Positions 34,406 to 43,127 of a stretch of DNA of 50,804 bases are shown in pieces (position 1 is the stretch's first letter; each line of letters begins with the position of its first letter). Below the pieces are notes generated by a model that was not told where the DNA came from, did not search any database, and saw only the letters and a program-made list of their open reading frames with translations. This DNA comes from Nitrospirota bacterium (GTDB taxonomy: Bacteria > Nitrospirota > UBA9217): NCBI GenBank assembly GCA_041476485.1, contig JBGOTO010000002.1:1-50804 (forward strand). The letters are read 5' to 3'. Position numbers and translations under genes: made by a program.

Positions 34406-36263
34406 AAGAAGTTTCCGGATTCTTCTCCTTATCGCGCTTCTCGGGACGACGGTCTTCGGCTGCGCAACGACGAACGGGAAGGACGATCCGCTGCGGAACA
34501 CGAAGAAGCTGGTCGCCGAAGGCCACGTTTCGCTCTACAAGAACGGCGCCTTCCAGGTGCCGAATACGAAAATCAGCCTCATCCCGGCAGGGCCGAGTAC
34601 CAAGGAATTCGTCGTCGAGCTCATGGGTATGCGGGCGCGGCAGTCGTTCGTCAAGTCCCTTGAACGGGCGGCCGACTCGGTGTATATCGTATCGGAAGGC
34701 ACGAAGCTCACCTATAGGCTGTCGAAGGACATTCGCGCCGGAGGCAACACGGCGGCAGATGAAATAAAAAAATACACGCGCGAGAACAGTACGCTCATTA
34801 TTTCCCGCTCTTCCGAGGTGGGAAAAAGCATTATCGGAAAGTCCTGGGACCTGTCCAAGACGGCGTTCAAGGAAAGCGGAAAAATAGGCGATACGATCAT
34901 CCAAAGTGCCCAGACGGCAGGAGACAAGATCAGCGAGCAGGGGACGCAGGCGGGAATGCGAACGGCGTCTCAAGCGACGCAGTTGGCGAAGGAGATCTCC
35001 TCGTCGAGCGCAACGAGAAGCGGCACGGCGCTCACGTACGCGGGAACCACGTTCGTCAAAGGATACGTGGCCGTGCCCTCGAAAATGAAACAACACGCGG
35101 GCGAGATGGGTGAGAGCCTTTCCGAGGCAAAGCTCATCGGCATCGCGAAGGAATCGTACGAAACGCGCAAAGAGTGGTCGCAGAAGACCGTGGACCTCAT
35201 GAGCGATACGATCAAAAATTATCCGGAGGACGTCTCTTCCTCGTTCCGCAAAGCGGGGAAAGAGCTTGACAGCAACTACCGGACGACAGGCCTGAGCCTT
35301 GCCGTCCTGAAATCCCTCCGCTGGGTGCTCCAGGGCGTTCTCTGGGACGCGACCATCAAGCCGGTAACGAAGATGACCGCTGCGTCCGTGGGATATATCG
35401 GCGTTAACTTTGTCGCCTTCCCCTCGATGGTGGTGGTCCGTGAAGGCGTGGCAACGACGACGCTTGCCGTGGAAGTGACCTGGGACACGGGGAAAATGGG
35501 GTATGACCTCGTGGCGCCGACCGGCGTGGCCGCTGTCGCGAGTGTCTACGGTCTTGTCGATTTTATCGGATCGCATGCCGTCGCAGGCACAACGCTCGTC
35601 ACGGGAAATGTGCTTGGATACGGCGAGTCGGCCCTCGGCAAGACCGCCGGAGTGGTCGTGAAAGGCGGCGGTTTCGCGGCTGGCAAAGGCGTGCAGTACA
35701 TCGGTGTTCCCCTTGCCAGCGCGGGCATTGCCATCGGCGGCGGGACCATCGGGACCGCCGTCGGCGGAGTCGGTTATGTTTCCGGCGGCACCATGTACGT
35801 GACCGGCGAGGCCGGCTCGGCGACCACCTGGGCATTCGGGAACGTGATCGCGGGCACGACCCTGGTCGGCGGGACCGCGGTCTCGACAGCAGGCGGAACG
35901 GCGTACGGCGTTTACGAACTGTCCAAGGCCGTTGTCGTTCCCGCGGGATATGAACTTGGCGGCGGCATGGTCCTGAGTTATGACACGCTCACGCAACTTG
36001 GGGCCCATTCGATCCTGGCCGTGTCGGATTGCGCGTACGTAGTGCTCTCGCTCGAAGGTCCCCGGTGGGTCCTGTACGCGGTCAAAGGGAAAACCGGCCC
36101 CGGTGACGACTTGCCGGTCGGCGCGGTCGTCGATCTCAAGAAGATGCAGGAATCGGGCGAAGAAATAAAATACCTTCCCGTGTCTGATGGAGAGATGAAG
36201 AAGGTCGTTGATTCAGTCTATGAAAATTTGCCTGAGATAAAATCCGGGAGTAAAGAGAAATAA
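34383..36263 (+). CDS. Lipoprotein, paralog B of the preceding gene, unknown family
   Basis: Lipobox LGTTVFGC. It overlaps paralog A by 23 nt. The C-terminus LSLEGPRWVLYAVKG...DDLPVGAVVDLKKMQE aligns with paralog A, and it has a very Gly-rich core. Confidence 0.8.
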   Translation: MTIINLNKRSFRILLLIALLGTTVFGCATTNGKDDPLRNTKKLVAEGHVSLYKNGAFQVPNTKISLIPAGPSTKEFVVELMGMRARQSFVKSLERAADSVYIVSEGTKLTYRLSKDIRAGGNTAADEIKKYTRENSTLIISRSSEVGKSIIGKSWDLSKTAFKESGKIGDTIIQSAQTAGDKISEQGTQAGMRTASQATQLAKEISSSSATRSGTALTYAGTTFVKGYVAVPSKMKQHAGEMGESLSEAKLIGIAKESYETRKEWSQKTVDLMSDTIKNYPEDVSSSFRKAGKELDSNYRTTGLSLAVLKSLRWVLQGVLWDATIKPVTKMTAASVGYIGVNFVAFPSMVVVREGVATTTLAVEVTWDTGKMGYDLVAPTGVAAVASVYGLVDFIGSHAVAGTTLVTGNVLGYGESALGKTAGVVVKGGGFAAGKGVQYIGVPLASAGIAIGGGTIGTAVGGVGYVSGGTMYVTGEAGSATTWAFGNVIAGTTLVGGTAVSTAGGTAYGVYELSKAVVVPAGYELGGGMVLSYDTLTQLGAHSILAVSDCAYVVLSLEGPRWVLYAVKGKTGPGDDLPVGAVVDLKKMQESGEEIKYLPVSDGEMKKVVDSVYENLPEIKSGSKEK

Positions 36264-36345
36264 AGCTGGTCATCCCGTATTTTCTCGTACCGATTCAGGC
36301 CGGATTGAATTCGGCAACCATGTCGAAATAACATAGTTTCCTGCA

Positions 36346-36362
36346 TATTCGAAAATCGAATA
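36346..36362. promoter_or_regulatory. Perfect palindrome TATTCGA-N3-TCGAATA (candidate activator site)
   Basis: It lies about 165 bp upstream of the sigma54 -24/-12 element and is flanked by ATAGTTTCC direct repeats at 36333-36341 and 36381-36389. Confidence 0.35.
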
Positions 36363-36513
36363 CCGTGCTTCGGTAATCCTATAGTTTCCCCTCTTGTCCT
36401 TCCCTTTCGTCACCTATTTCTGCCAGTTATCAGAGCCCGTAAATATATCTATCGCATTGATTTTATATGCCTTTTATGTCGTTATACCGTATTGTCATAC
36501 TTTTGCTCTACTT

Positions 36514-36529
36514 TGGCATGGCAGATGCA
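36514..36529 (+). promoter_or_regulatory. Sigma54 (-24/-12) promoter candidate
   Basis: TGGCATggcagaTGCA compared with consensus TGGCAC-N5-TTGCA. The GG and GC have the correct spacing. It lies 46 nt upstream of ATG 36575. Confidence 0.55.
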
Positions 36530-36574
36530 ATCTATAGAGTCAGAAAGACGGAACAACGATAGGGGTTGACGGTT

Positions 36575-37366
36575 ATGAAGCTTGTTACTTTTTATATAGT
36601 TTTGATGTTCACGCCTGTATTTGCTTTTGCCCAGGATGTGGCAGCTGAAAACGTATCCCAAGCGCCGACTGGTCGTTATCAGCAGGCTGCTGTCGAACTG
36701 AACGCCCTTTATACCCGGTCTCAGTTTGCCGATCCGGATCTTTATACGGAGATAAACAAGGCCGATCGTTCCGAACCCGGAATCATCGGCGACTGGAACG
36801 GGCGGGTATTCAAGACGTTCAAGCAGTATTCCAGTCAGCGCCAGTCTGACCTCGCGAATGACAGCAGGCTGCTGAGCAACGATGAGCTCGGTGCTCAGGC
36901 GGGCGAAAACGGAATGGTATCAAGGGTAGTTTTGAAGGAAACCATGAAATTTGCGCGAGAGAGAATCCCCGAGATCGACAAGATGGTCAATGCTTTGAAG
37001 TTCGAAGTATCGAACAGCACCTCCGGGGAGAACAGTGCTGCGGATGCGAAGGACAAAGAAAGCAGTGAATCAGGCGCCGCAAAAAAAACCATTACCCCGG
37101 ACAAGCTCTATGTTAAAACAGGGGTCCGGCTCCGGATAGAAAGCTCGTCGTTGGGTTTCGCATCGGAGACGGAAGCCAAATACAACAGCGTGTCTTATTT
37201 CTATAAAGTGAATCTCGACAATCAGAGCGACAACAGCCTGGGCTTCACCTATGTTCTCGGCAGGGATTTTTATCTTCTGGTAGAGCGGAACTTCACCGGG
37301 ACCATGGACCCTGCTACCCGGGACAAACCGACCCGCAATCTGATCCAAGTGGTCCGCCAATTTTAA
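36575..37366 (+). CDS. Exported OMP-like protein (263 aa)
   Basis: Signal peptide MKLVTFYIVLMFTPVFAFA/QD and a C-terminal ...LIQVVRQF ending in Phe. Confidence 0.65.
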   Translation: MKLVTFYIVLMFTPVFAFAQDVAAENVSQAPTGRYQQAAVELNALYTRSQFADPDLYTEINKADRSEPGIIGDWNGRVFKTFKQYSSQRQSDLANDSRLLSNDELGAQAGENGMVSRVVLKETMKFARERIPEIDKMVNALKFEVSNSTSGENSAADAKDKESSESGAAKKTITPDKLYVKTGVRLRIESSSLGFASETEAKYNSVSYFYKVNLDNQSDNSLGFTYVLGRDFYLLVERNFTGTMDPATRDKPTRNLIQVVRQF

Positions 37367-37413
37367 CAAACCAGATAAAGTTCCCGCCCCATTCAGAGTC
37401 CCCGGTTCATCCG

Positions 37414-37443
37414 GCACTATCACGCCGCGGCAGGCATTGGCCG
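37414..37443 (+). terminator. Strong intrinsic terminator
   Basis: GCCGCGGC, 8-nt loop, GCCGCGGC, followed by TTTTCT. Confidence 0.7.
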
Positions 37444-37490
37444 CGGCTTTTCTATTGCGCAGACGGACGATTTCGGGTATTCTACCCTCC

Positions 37491-38390
37491 ATGGCTGCTG
37501 AACAAAAATTCAAATCCGGCTTCATCTCCCTCATCGGCAGGCCGAACGTCGGCAAATCCACGCTCCTGAACGCGCTCCTTGGCGAGAAGATTGCCATTAT
37601 TTCGGACAAGCCCCAGACCACGCGAAACCGCATCCTCGGCATCCTGAACCAACCGGCCGCCCAGATGGTGTTCCTGGACACGCCGGGAATCCACAAGCCC
37701 ATGCACCGGATGAACGAGGTGATGGTGAAGACGGCGCTCGCCACGTACGGCGAGGTGGACGTTATCCTCGTGCTCGTGGAGGCAACGGAAAAACCGGGCG
37801 CGGGGGACAAATTCATCATCGAGACCCTCTCGAAGGTGAAGACGCCGGTCTTCCTTCTCATCAACAAGGTGGACCTGATCAAGAAAGAAGCGCTGTTGCC
37901 TTTGATGCAGGAATGCAGCACACTCTATCCCTTTGCCGAGATCATCCCCGTGTCCGCACTCAAAAACGACCTCGCGGGGCTCGTGGATTCCATCCTCAAG
38001 CGTTTGCCCCAGGGACCGAAATATTTTCCCGACGACCAGCTTACGGACCAACCCGAGCGGTTTGTCGTTTCCGAGATCATCCGGGAAAAGGTGTTCCAAC
38101 TCACGAAAGAGGAAATTCCCTATTCCACGGCCGTGGTCATCGAAGACATGAAGGAAGAGCCGGACATCACCCGGATCACCGCGATAATCTACGTCGAGCG
38201 CGATTCGCAGAAGGGCATCCTCATCGGCAAGGGCGGGGCCATGCTCAAGCGGATCGGCACCCTCGCGCGGCAGGACGCGGAGAAGCTGCTCGGCGTCAAG
38301 GTTTTTCTCCAGCTCTGGGTCAAGGTGAAAAAGGGCTGGCGCGAGGACGACCGGATGCTCAGGAACATCGGAATCGTGACGGAAGAGTAA
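37491..38390 (+). CDS. era: GTPase Era
   Basis: G1 GRPNVGKST, G3 DTPG, G4 NKVD and a C-terminal KH domain. ATG 37491 is preferred because the track's TTG at 37437 lies inside the terminator. Confidence 0.95.
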   Translation: MAAEQKFKSGFISLIGRPNVGKSTLLNALLGEKIAIISDKPQTTRNRILGILNQPAAQMVFLDTPGIHKPMHRMNEVMVKTALATYGEVDVILVLVEATEKPGAGDKFIIETLSKVKTPVFLLINKVDLIKKEALLPLMQECSTLYPFAEIIPVSALKNDLAGLVDSILKRLPQGPKYFPDDQLTDQPERFVVSEIIREKVFQLTKEEIPYSTAVVIEDMKEEPDITRITAIIYVERDSQKGILIGKGGAMLKRIGTLARQDAEKLLGVKVFLQLWVKVKKGWREDDRMLRNIGIVTEE

Positions 38391-38393
38391 ACT

Positions 38394-38423
38394 GAATGCG
38401 GAATTCGGAATGCGGATTGCGGA
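38394..38423. repeat. ATGCGGA/TTGCGGA-type short repeat (intergenic copy)
   Basis: gaatgcggaattcggaatgcggattgcgga lies immediately after the era stop. The 15-mer aatgcggattgcgga equals the reverse complement of 50094-50108. Confidence 0.5.
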
Positions 38424-38507
38424 GTGTTTGATCAAAACCGTCATTCCCAAACGTCTCTATCGGGAATCCCTGTTTTATTTCGTACTGAAAACAGGAAAGG
38501 GATCTCA

Positions 38508-39110
38508 ATGCAAGAAATTATAACCTGGCTCGTAACGACCATCGGGGCCCTGGGCTATCCCGGTATTTTTCTTCTGATGGCCATGGAGAGCTCGGTCATC
38601 CCTATCCCGAGCGAACTCGTCATGCCGCCGGCAGGTTACCTCGCGCAGCAGGGGCAGATGAATATGGCCGTGGCAATCCTGTGCGGCACCGCGGGGAGCC
38701 TCGTGGGCGCATACGCGAACTACTTTGCCGCGCACTACCTCGGCAGGCCGCTGCTTTTGAAGTATGGGAAATATGTCTGGATCACGGAAGAGAAGTTCTC
38801 GAAGGTCGAGAGATATTTTAAGGACCACGGAGAAATATCCACGTTCATCGGAAGGCTCCTGCCTGTCGTCCGGCACCTCATATCGCTTCCCGCCGGGCTC
38901 GCCGGCATGAACCATCTGAAGTTCTCGCTCTATACTCTGTTCGGCGCGGGGCTGTGGGTCACGGTGCTGACCTTCATCGGCTATTTCATCGGATCGGAGC
39001 GCGAGCTGATCATGCAGTACTCCCGCCAGGCTTTAATCGGAGCTGTGCTCATAAGCACCGCGATCATCGTTATTTATATCTGGAACCACCGGCGAAAGAA
39101 CGCGAGATAA
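38508..39110 (+). CDS. DedA-family membrane protein
   Basis: ESSVIPIPSE motif and 4-5 TM helices. Confidence 0.85.
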   Translation: MQEIITWLVTTIGALGYPGIFLLMAMESSVIPIPSELVMPPAGYLAQQGQMNMAVAILCGTAGSLVGAYANYFAAHYLGRPLLLKYGKYVWITEEKFSKVERYFKDHGEISTFIGRLLPVVRHLISLPAGLAGMNHLKFSLYTLFGAGLWVTVLTFIGYFIGSERELIMQYSRQALIGAVLISTAIIVIYIWNHRRKNAR

Positions 39111-39122
39111 AATTTCGGAGAG

Positions 39123-39875
39123 ATGAAGTCCAAGACCGAAGCAATCATCATCAGCAGCATGAACCTGGGCGAGGCGGACAAGCTCGTCACCTTCTTCTCC
39201 TTCGACCGGGGCATGCACAAGGGCGTGGCCAAGAACGCTCGCAAGTCCTTCAAGCGGTTCGGCGCGGCACTCGAGTCCTTCACCACCTGCAGGCTCCACC
39301 TCTATGAGCGGGAGCACCAGGAACTCGTCCGGATCGAGTCAGCCGATATTCTTTCCCAGCCCGCCGCCCTGTGCTGCGATCTTACCCGCGCCGCGGCGGG
39401 CGCCGTCATGCTGGAGCTGGTGAAGGAACTGGCCCCTCCCGGCGAGCGTAATCCCTCCGCGTTTCTGCTCCTCTCGCGAGTCATCAAATCCTTGAACGCG
39501 GGAGAGGACCCTTCCTTCCTGCTCAGAATATTCGAGATCAAGTTTCTTTCCCTTATGGGATATCAGCCCAAGCTGGACCACTGTCTTTCCTGCGGCATGC
39601 AGCCGAAAGGGGACATGCTGTTTCTCGCTCTGAAGGGCGGAGTCTTTTGTCAGGACTGCGTCGTTTCCTCGGGAGATCCTCAACTGCGGATTTCTCCGGG
39701 CGCCGTCGGGTTCTACTATCAGGCGCTCAGAATGGACATGGACAAGGTCTCCCGGCTCAAGCCTTCACCCGCGATCATGCAGGAACTCGGCCGTGCGTTC
39801 TCCGAGCATACCGTTCACATTCTCGGCAAGAGGCTCAAGTCCGTGCAATTTTTGAACTCGGTCTGCAAGATATAA
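39123..39875 (+). CDS. recO: DNA repair protein RecO
   Basis: N-terminal OB fold (AIIISSMNLGEADKLVTFFS) and zinc motif CLSCG...FCQDC. The era-recO neighbourhood is typical. Confidence 0.9.
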   Translation: MKSKTEAIIISSMNLGEADKLVTFFSFDRGMHKGVAKNARKSFKRFGAALESFTTCRLHLYEREHQELVRIESADILSQPAALCCDLTRAAAGAVMLELVKELAPPGERNPSAFLLLSRVIKSLNAGEDPSFLLRIFEIKFLSLMGYQPKLDHCLSCGMQPKGDMLFLALKGGVFCQDCVVSSGDPQLRISPGAVGFYYQALRMDMDKVSRLKPSPAIMQELGRAFSEHTVHILGKRLKSVQFLNSVCKI

Positions 39876-39907
39876 TTCGATTAAAACTGATTTAGTAGTT
39901 TGCGTGA

Positions 39908-41443
39908 TTACGGGCGGGTCTTTTTGGAGGGCCATGCCAGGGCCAGGATGCTCAGGAAAACGCAGAGGTAGGAAAAAATATCTCCGAAGCGGGTGTACAA
40001 GGTATTTTCCGTTCCCGGAACGATCCGGTGCGTAAGATAAGCCTCGGTGAAAATTTTCGACGTGTCCAGGACATGCCCCTTTGCGTCGATAAAGCCCGAT
40101 ATGCCGGTGTTCGCGGCGCGCGCAACGGGCACGCGGTTCTCGACGGCCCGGAACACGGCCATGGAGAAGTGCTGGTACGGGGCTGCGGTCCTGCCGAACC
40201 AGGCGTCGTTCGTGATTGTCGTGATGACCGTCGCGCCCTGGTCCACGAACCGTCTCACGAGGTCGGGGAAAATGATCTCGTAGCAGATGACGGTGCTGAG
40301 CTTTGTTGCTATTTGCCCGCGCGGATTTCCCGCGGGGACCGTCATCACGGTATACTCGTTCCCTCCCTGAAAATCTCCGATCGCCTGAACCAGCTTTTCC
40401 ACAAAGAACAACATACTCTTGAGCGGCACGTATTCTCCGAACGGAACGAGGTGTATTTTGTGATACGGCGCGTCGGCCCGTCCTTCCGCCGTGAGCAGGA
40501 ACGCAGAGTTCCTGCCGACGATCCTTCTGCCCGGCAGTATTTCGTACGTGGGGCTGCCGAAGAGGAGAGAGAAATTATTTCTCCTGACGAACTCGATAAG
40601 GTCCGCGGTCAGGACGCGGTCGGCCTGCATGCCGCCGGTAAAGTAAAACGGCGTTGCGGTCTCGGGCCAGATGACGAGATCGGGCCGCTCTTTGAGCGCC
40701 GCGAGAGTCAGTTTTTTGTATATGCCGATCGTCTCCGCCTGGTACGCAGGGTCCCACTTTTTGTCCTGCTCGATGTTTCCCTGAACGACCGAGACAATTA
40801 TTCCGTCGCTCCCTTCCGGCATTCCGAGTCTGTCCCAGCCGTATCCCAGCACGACGAAGACCACGAGCAGGGCGGCAAGCAGCCCACGATATCTCTTGCG
40901 GTCCGTGATGAATTCCGCGATTGCGGCGTTTACCAGAACGATCAGGAACGACACGCCGTACACGCCGGTGACGTCCGCTATCTGGATCACGGGGAGAAGG
41001 CCGTACTGCGAATAGCCCAAAAGCGCCCAGGGGAAGCCGCTGAACACGTAGGTCCGCGCCAGTTCGAGCGCGGTCCAGAGCGCGGGTGCCGCGGCGACAA
41101 AGAGCGAGGGACGGTTGTTCCTGAGATAGACGGATGCGGCGGAGAAGATCGCGGGGTACAGCGCCAGATACGCGCAGAGGAGCAGCGTTGCGAGCGACGC
41201 GGGGACAATTGGTATGTGCCCGTAGAAGTGCACCGAGTTGGTGACCCAGTAAACGGCGCCGACGAAGAACGCAATGCCGGTTACCGCGCCGAGCAGGAAA
41301 CCTTCCTTGACGGTGCGCCCTTTGAGGGCGAGGAACAACGGAACGAGGGCGGGCCAGGCGAGAAGGTGGATATCGAACGGGGGGAATGCCGCGACGAGCA
41401 GAAGACCGGAAACTGCCGCGAACGCCGAATCCCGGAGGTTCAT
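39908..41443 (-). CDS. lnt: Apolipoprotein N-acyltransferase
   Basis: N-terminal polytopic domain and a C-terminal CN-hydrolase domain (WPE..., catalytic Cys in VICYEIIFP). Confidence 0.92.
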   Translation of the reverse strand: MNLRDSAFAAVSGLLLVAAFPPFDIHLLAWPALVPLFLALKGRTVKEGFLLGAVTGIAFFVGAVYWVTNSVHFYGHIPIVPASLATLLLCAYLALYPAIFSAASVYLRNNRPSLFVAAAPALWTALELARTYVFSGFPWALLGYSQYGLLPVIQIADVTGVYGVSFLIVLVNAAIAEFITDRKRYRGLLAALLVVFVVLGYGWDRLGMPEGSDGIIVSVVQGNIEQDKKWDPAYQAETIGIYKKLTLAALKERPDLVIWPETATPFYFTGGMQADRVLTADLIEFVRRNNFSLLFGSPTYEILPGRRIVGRNSAFLLTAEGRADAPYHKIHLVPFGEYVPLKSMLFFVEKLVQAIGDFQGGNEYTVMTVPAGNPRGQIATKLSTVICYEIIFPDLVRRFVDQGATVITTITNDAWFGRTAAPYQHFSMAVFRAVENRVPVARAANTGISGFIDAKGHVLDTSKIFTEAYLTHRIVPGTENTLYTRFGDIFSYLCVFLSILALAWPSKKTRP

Positions 41444-41444
41444 G

Positions 41445-41837
41445 CTACTTTGCCGCCTTCTGTCCCTGCATCCACTTGAGAAGGCCGTCCTTCATGCTGC
41501 TGTTGATGCTCTGCTCTTCTTTCGGAGCGGGGGTCGTCTGGGGCTGTGCCGTGCGTATCTGCGCAGCGGGTTTTACGGGTCTGGGAGCGGGTGTTTTTGC
41601 CAAGAGGGGCCTGGCGGCCGGGGGACGGCGTTTCTGGTCCGCGTTGCCGGCCGGGGAGATGCAGGAGACGGCATGCCGGTATACGATCTCCCGCTTCTGC
41701 CCTTCCATGACGATCACGTAGCTGTCGAAGGCCCTGATTCTGCCCGAAACGCGGATCTTGTTCTGAAGGGTCATGGTAACGGGCGTCTGCCCGGTCAGGT
41801 ACGTGTCCAGCATTCTGTCGAGCAAGTTTGTTTCCAT
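41445..41837 (-). CDS. Hfq-like Sm protein with long Pro/Ala-rich C-terminal tail (130 aa)
   Basis: LLDRMLDTYLTGQTPVTMTLQNKIRVSGRIRAFDSYVIVMEGQKREIVYRHAVSCISP aligns to the Hfq Sm1/Sm2 motifs. GAGGAG RBS. The stop lies 1 nt from the lnt ATG. Confidence 0.8.
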   Translation of the reverse strand: METNLLDRMLDTYLTGQTPVTMTLQNKIRVSGRIRAFDSYVIVMEGQKREIVYRHAVSCISPAGNADQKRRPPAARPLLAKTPAPRPVKPAAQIRTAQPQTTPAPKEEQSINSSMKDGLLKWMQGQKAAK

Positions 41838-41874
41838 GCACTACTCCTCGAAATATTCCTTACTAATATTCCTC

Positions 41875-42357
41875 TTAGCGGTTGATCGTGGTGATCGCGT
41901 GTTTGTAGAACAGGTGTTGTTTGCCGCCTTCGCGGAGAAGGATGGTGAAGTTGTCGTAGGCTTCGATGACGGCTTTGACCCGCTGCCCGTTAATCAGGTA
42001 TATGGTTATGAGCTGGCTCTCCCTGATGGCCTTGTCGAGAAACTCTTGCTGAATATTCGGTCTAGGCGTATGCGCGGCGTCCGCCTGTCCCTGTTGGGCG
42101 GGAGCCAACGCCGACTGCGGCGCGGGAATGACGAGAAGGGAATGGGGAGCGGTAAGGTAGGACAACTCCTGCTTCATAAGGGTGACGAGCTTGCCGTTCT
42201 CTTCGAGGTTGATTTCGTACCGGCCGATGTCGCGGAGGGTCCCTTCATGCTCGGTTGTGTTCATCTGGCCGATACGGAGCTTGATACCGCTTGCTTGTGC
42301 CTGCGACAGGAATTGCGGTTCGATGGTTTGCCTCGACTCTTCCTTCTGTTCGTCCAT
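41875..42357 (-). CDS. Tandem-Sm Hfq-like protein (160 aa)
   Basis: The C-terminal half, QQEFLDKAIRESQLITIYLINGQRVKAVIEAYDNFTILLREGGKQHLFYKHAITTI, is close to canonical Hfq. The N-terminal half, QFLSQAQASGIKLRIGQMNTTEHEGTLRDIGRYEINLEENGKLVTLMKQELSYL, has the same strand pattern. Confidence 0.8.
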   Translation of the reverse strand: MDEQKEESRQTIEPQFLSQAQASGIKLRIGQMNTTEHEGTLRDIGRYEINLEENGKLVTLMKQELSYLTAPHSLLVIPAPQSALAPAQQGQADAAHTPRPNIQQEFLDKAIRESQLITIYLINGQRVKAVIEAYDNFTILLREGGKQHLFYKHAITTINR

Positions 42358-42365
42358 TGGGGAAA

Positions 42366-42394
42366 ATCATAACTGAAATGCCGGATTATTGCAA
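42366..42394 (-). promoter_or_regulatory. Sigma70-type promoter giving a leaderless or near-leaderless transcript of the tandem-Sm gene
   Basis: Minus strand reads TTGCAA (42394-42389), 17-nt spacer, TATGAT (42371-42366). Only 8 nt separate the -10 element from ATG 42357, and there is no SD sequence. Confidence 0.4.
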
Positions 42395-42487
42395 GAACAT
42401 TTTCGCGCTGTTTCCCTTTTGCAAACAGAAGGCAATCCGTTCTCTCCGGCATCCGGTCTTCAAGCGCGTGCGCGACGGGCCGTCATT

Positions 42488-42916
42488 TCACGAGGATTGC
42501 TTCGTCTGTATGATGGAGCCCCCTCCGCTTTTCTTGAGAGAATTGAGGATCGTGTCCACAAGGACGGCGGGGTCTTTCACCGGCCCCGCATTTTTGATTT
42601 TCTCCTGGAGGATTTTCGCTTCATCCGGGTCAAGGGGCACGAGCCGGATTCCTCCCCGGTACTTGCCGTCGCTGTCGCGCTGCTTGCTCCACATGAGCAA
42701 TCCGCCCTGATGGCCGTCGACTTTTTCCGAGAACCATACGAACCCGGGGTCTATTTTGCTCCTCGCTTCAATCCCTATCCCCAGGGGGCTCACGTCCACG
42801 ACTTTCGCGATAAGGTCCGTCCAGTCCAGCCGCGTGAAGCTGATCACGCTCATCCAATACGCCTTTGTGCCGCCGGATACGGGCTCCCTCGGCGTATGTC
42901 TCATTTCGATCATCAT
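42488..42916 (-). CDS. PilZ-domain (c-di-GMP-binding) protein
   Basis: RxxxR (RHTPR) and DxSxxG (DVSPLG) motifs. ATG 42916 is preceded by GGAGGTG at 5-nt spacing, so it is preferred over the GTG at 42970. Confidence 0.75.
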   Translation of the reverse strand: MMIEMRHTPREPVSGGTKAYWMSVISFTRLDWTDLIAKVVDVSPLGIGIEARSKIDPGFVWFSEKVDGHQGGLLMWSKQRDSDGKYRGGIRLVPLDPDEAKILQEKIKNAGPVKDPAVLVDTILNSLKKSGGGSIIQTKQSS

Positions 42917-43098
42917 ACGATCACCTCCGCGCCGAGTATCTTTTTCCCCGGTCGAAAGTGTTGATGCCACAACCTTCTAACTTATATTGTATCGTATCGA
43001 TGTAAAAAGTAAAGAGCAGGATCAACGATAAAATAGATTCTTAGGTCTTAAGTATGATGGAGATGCCGCGCGCTTTATTGCGCCTGCGCTCCGCAGCA

Positions 43099-43114
43099 GA
43101 CCTGAGTAGTTACG
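43099..43114. repeat. GACCTGAGTA-type short dispersed repeat (copy 3)
   Basis: gacctgagtagtt equals the reverse complement of 32845-32857, and gagtagttacg equals 32865-32875. Confidence 0.4.
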
Positions 43115-43127
43115 GGAAAGTATGATA

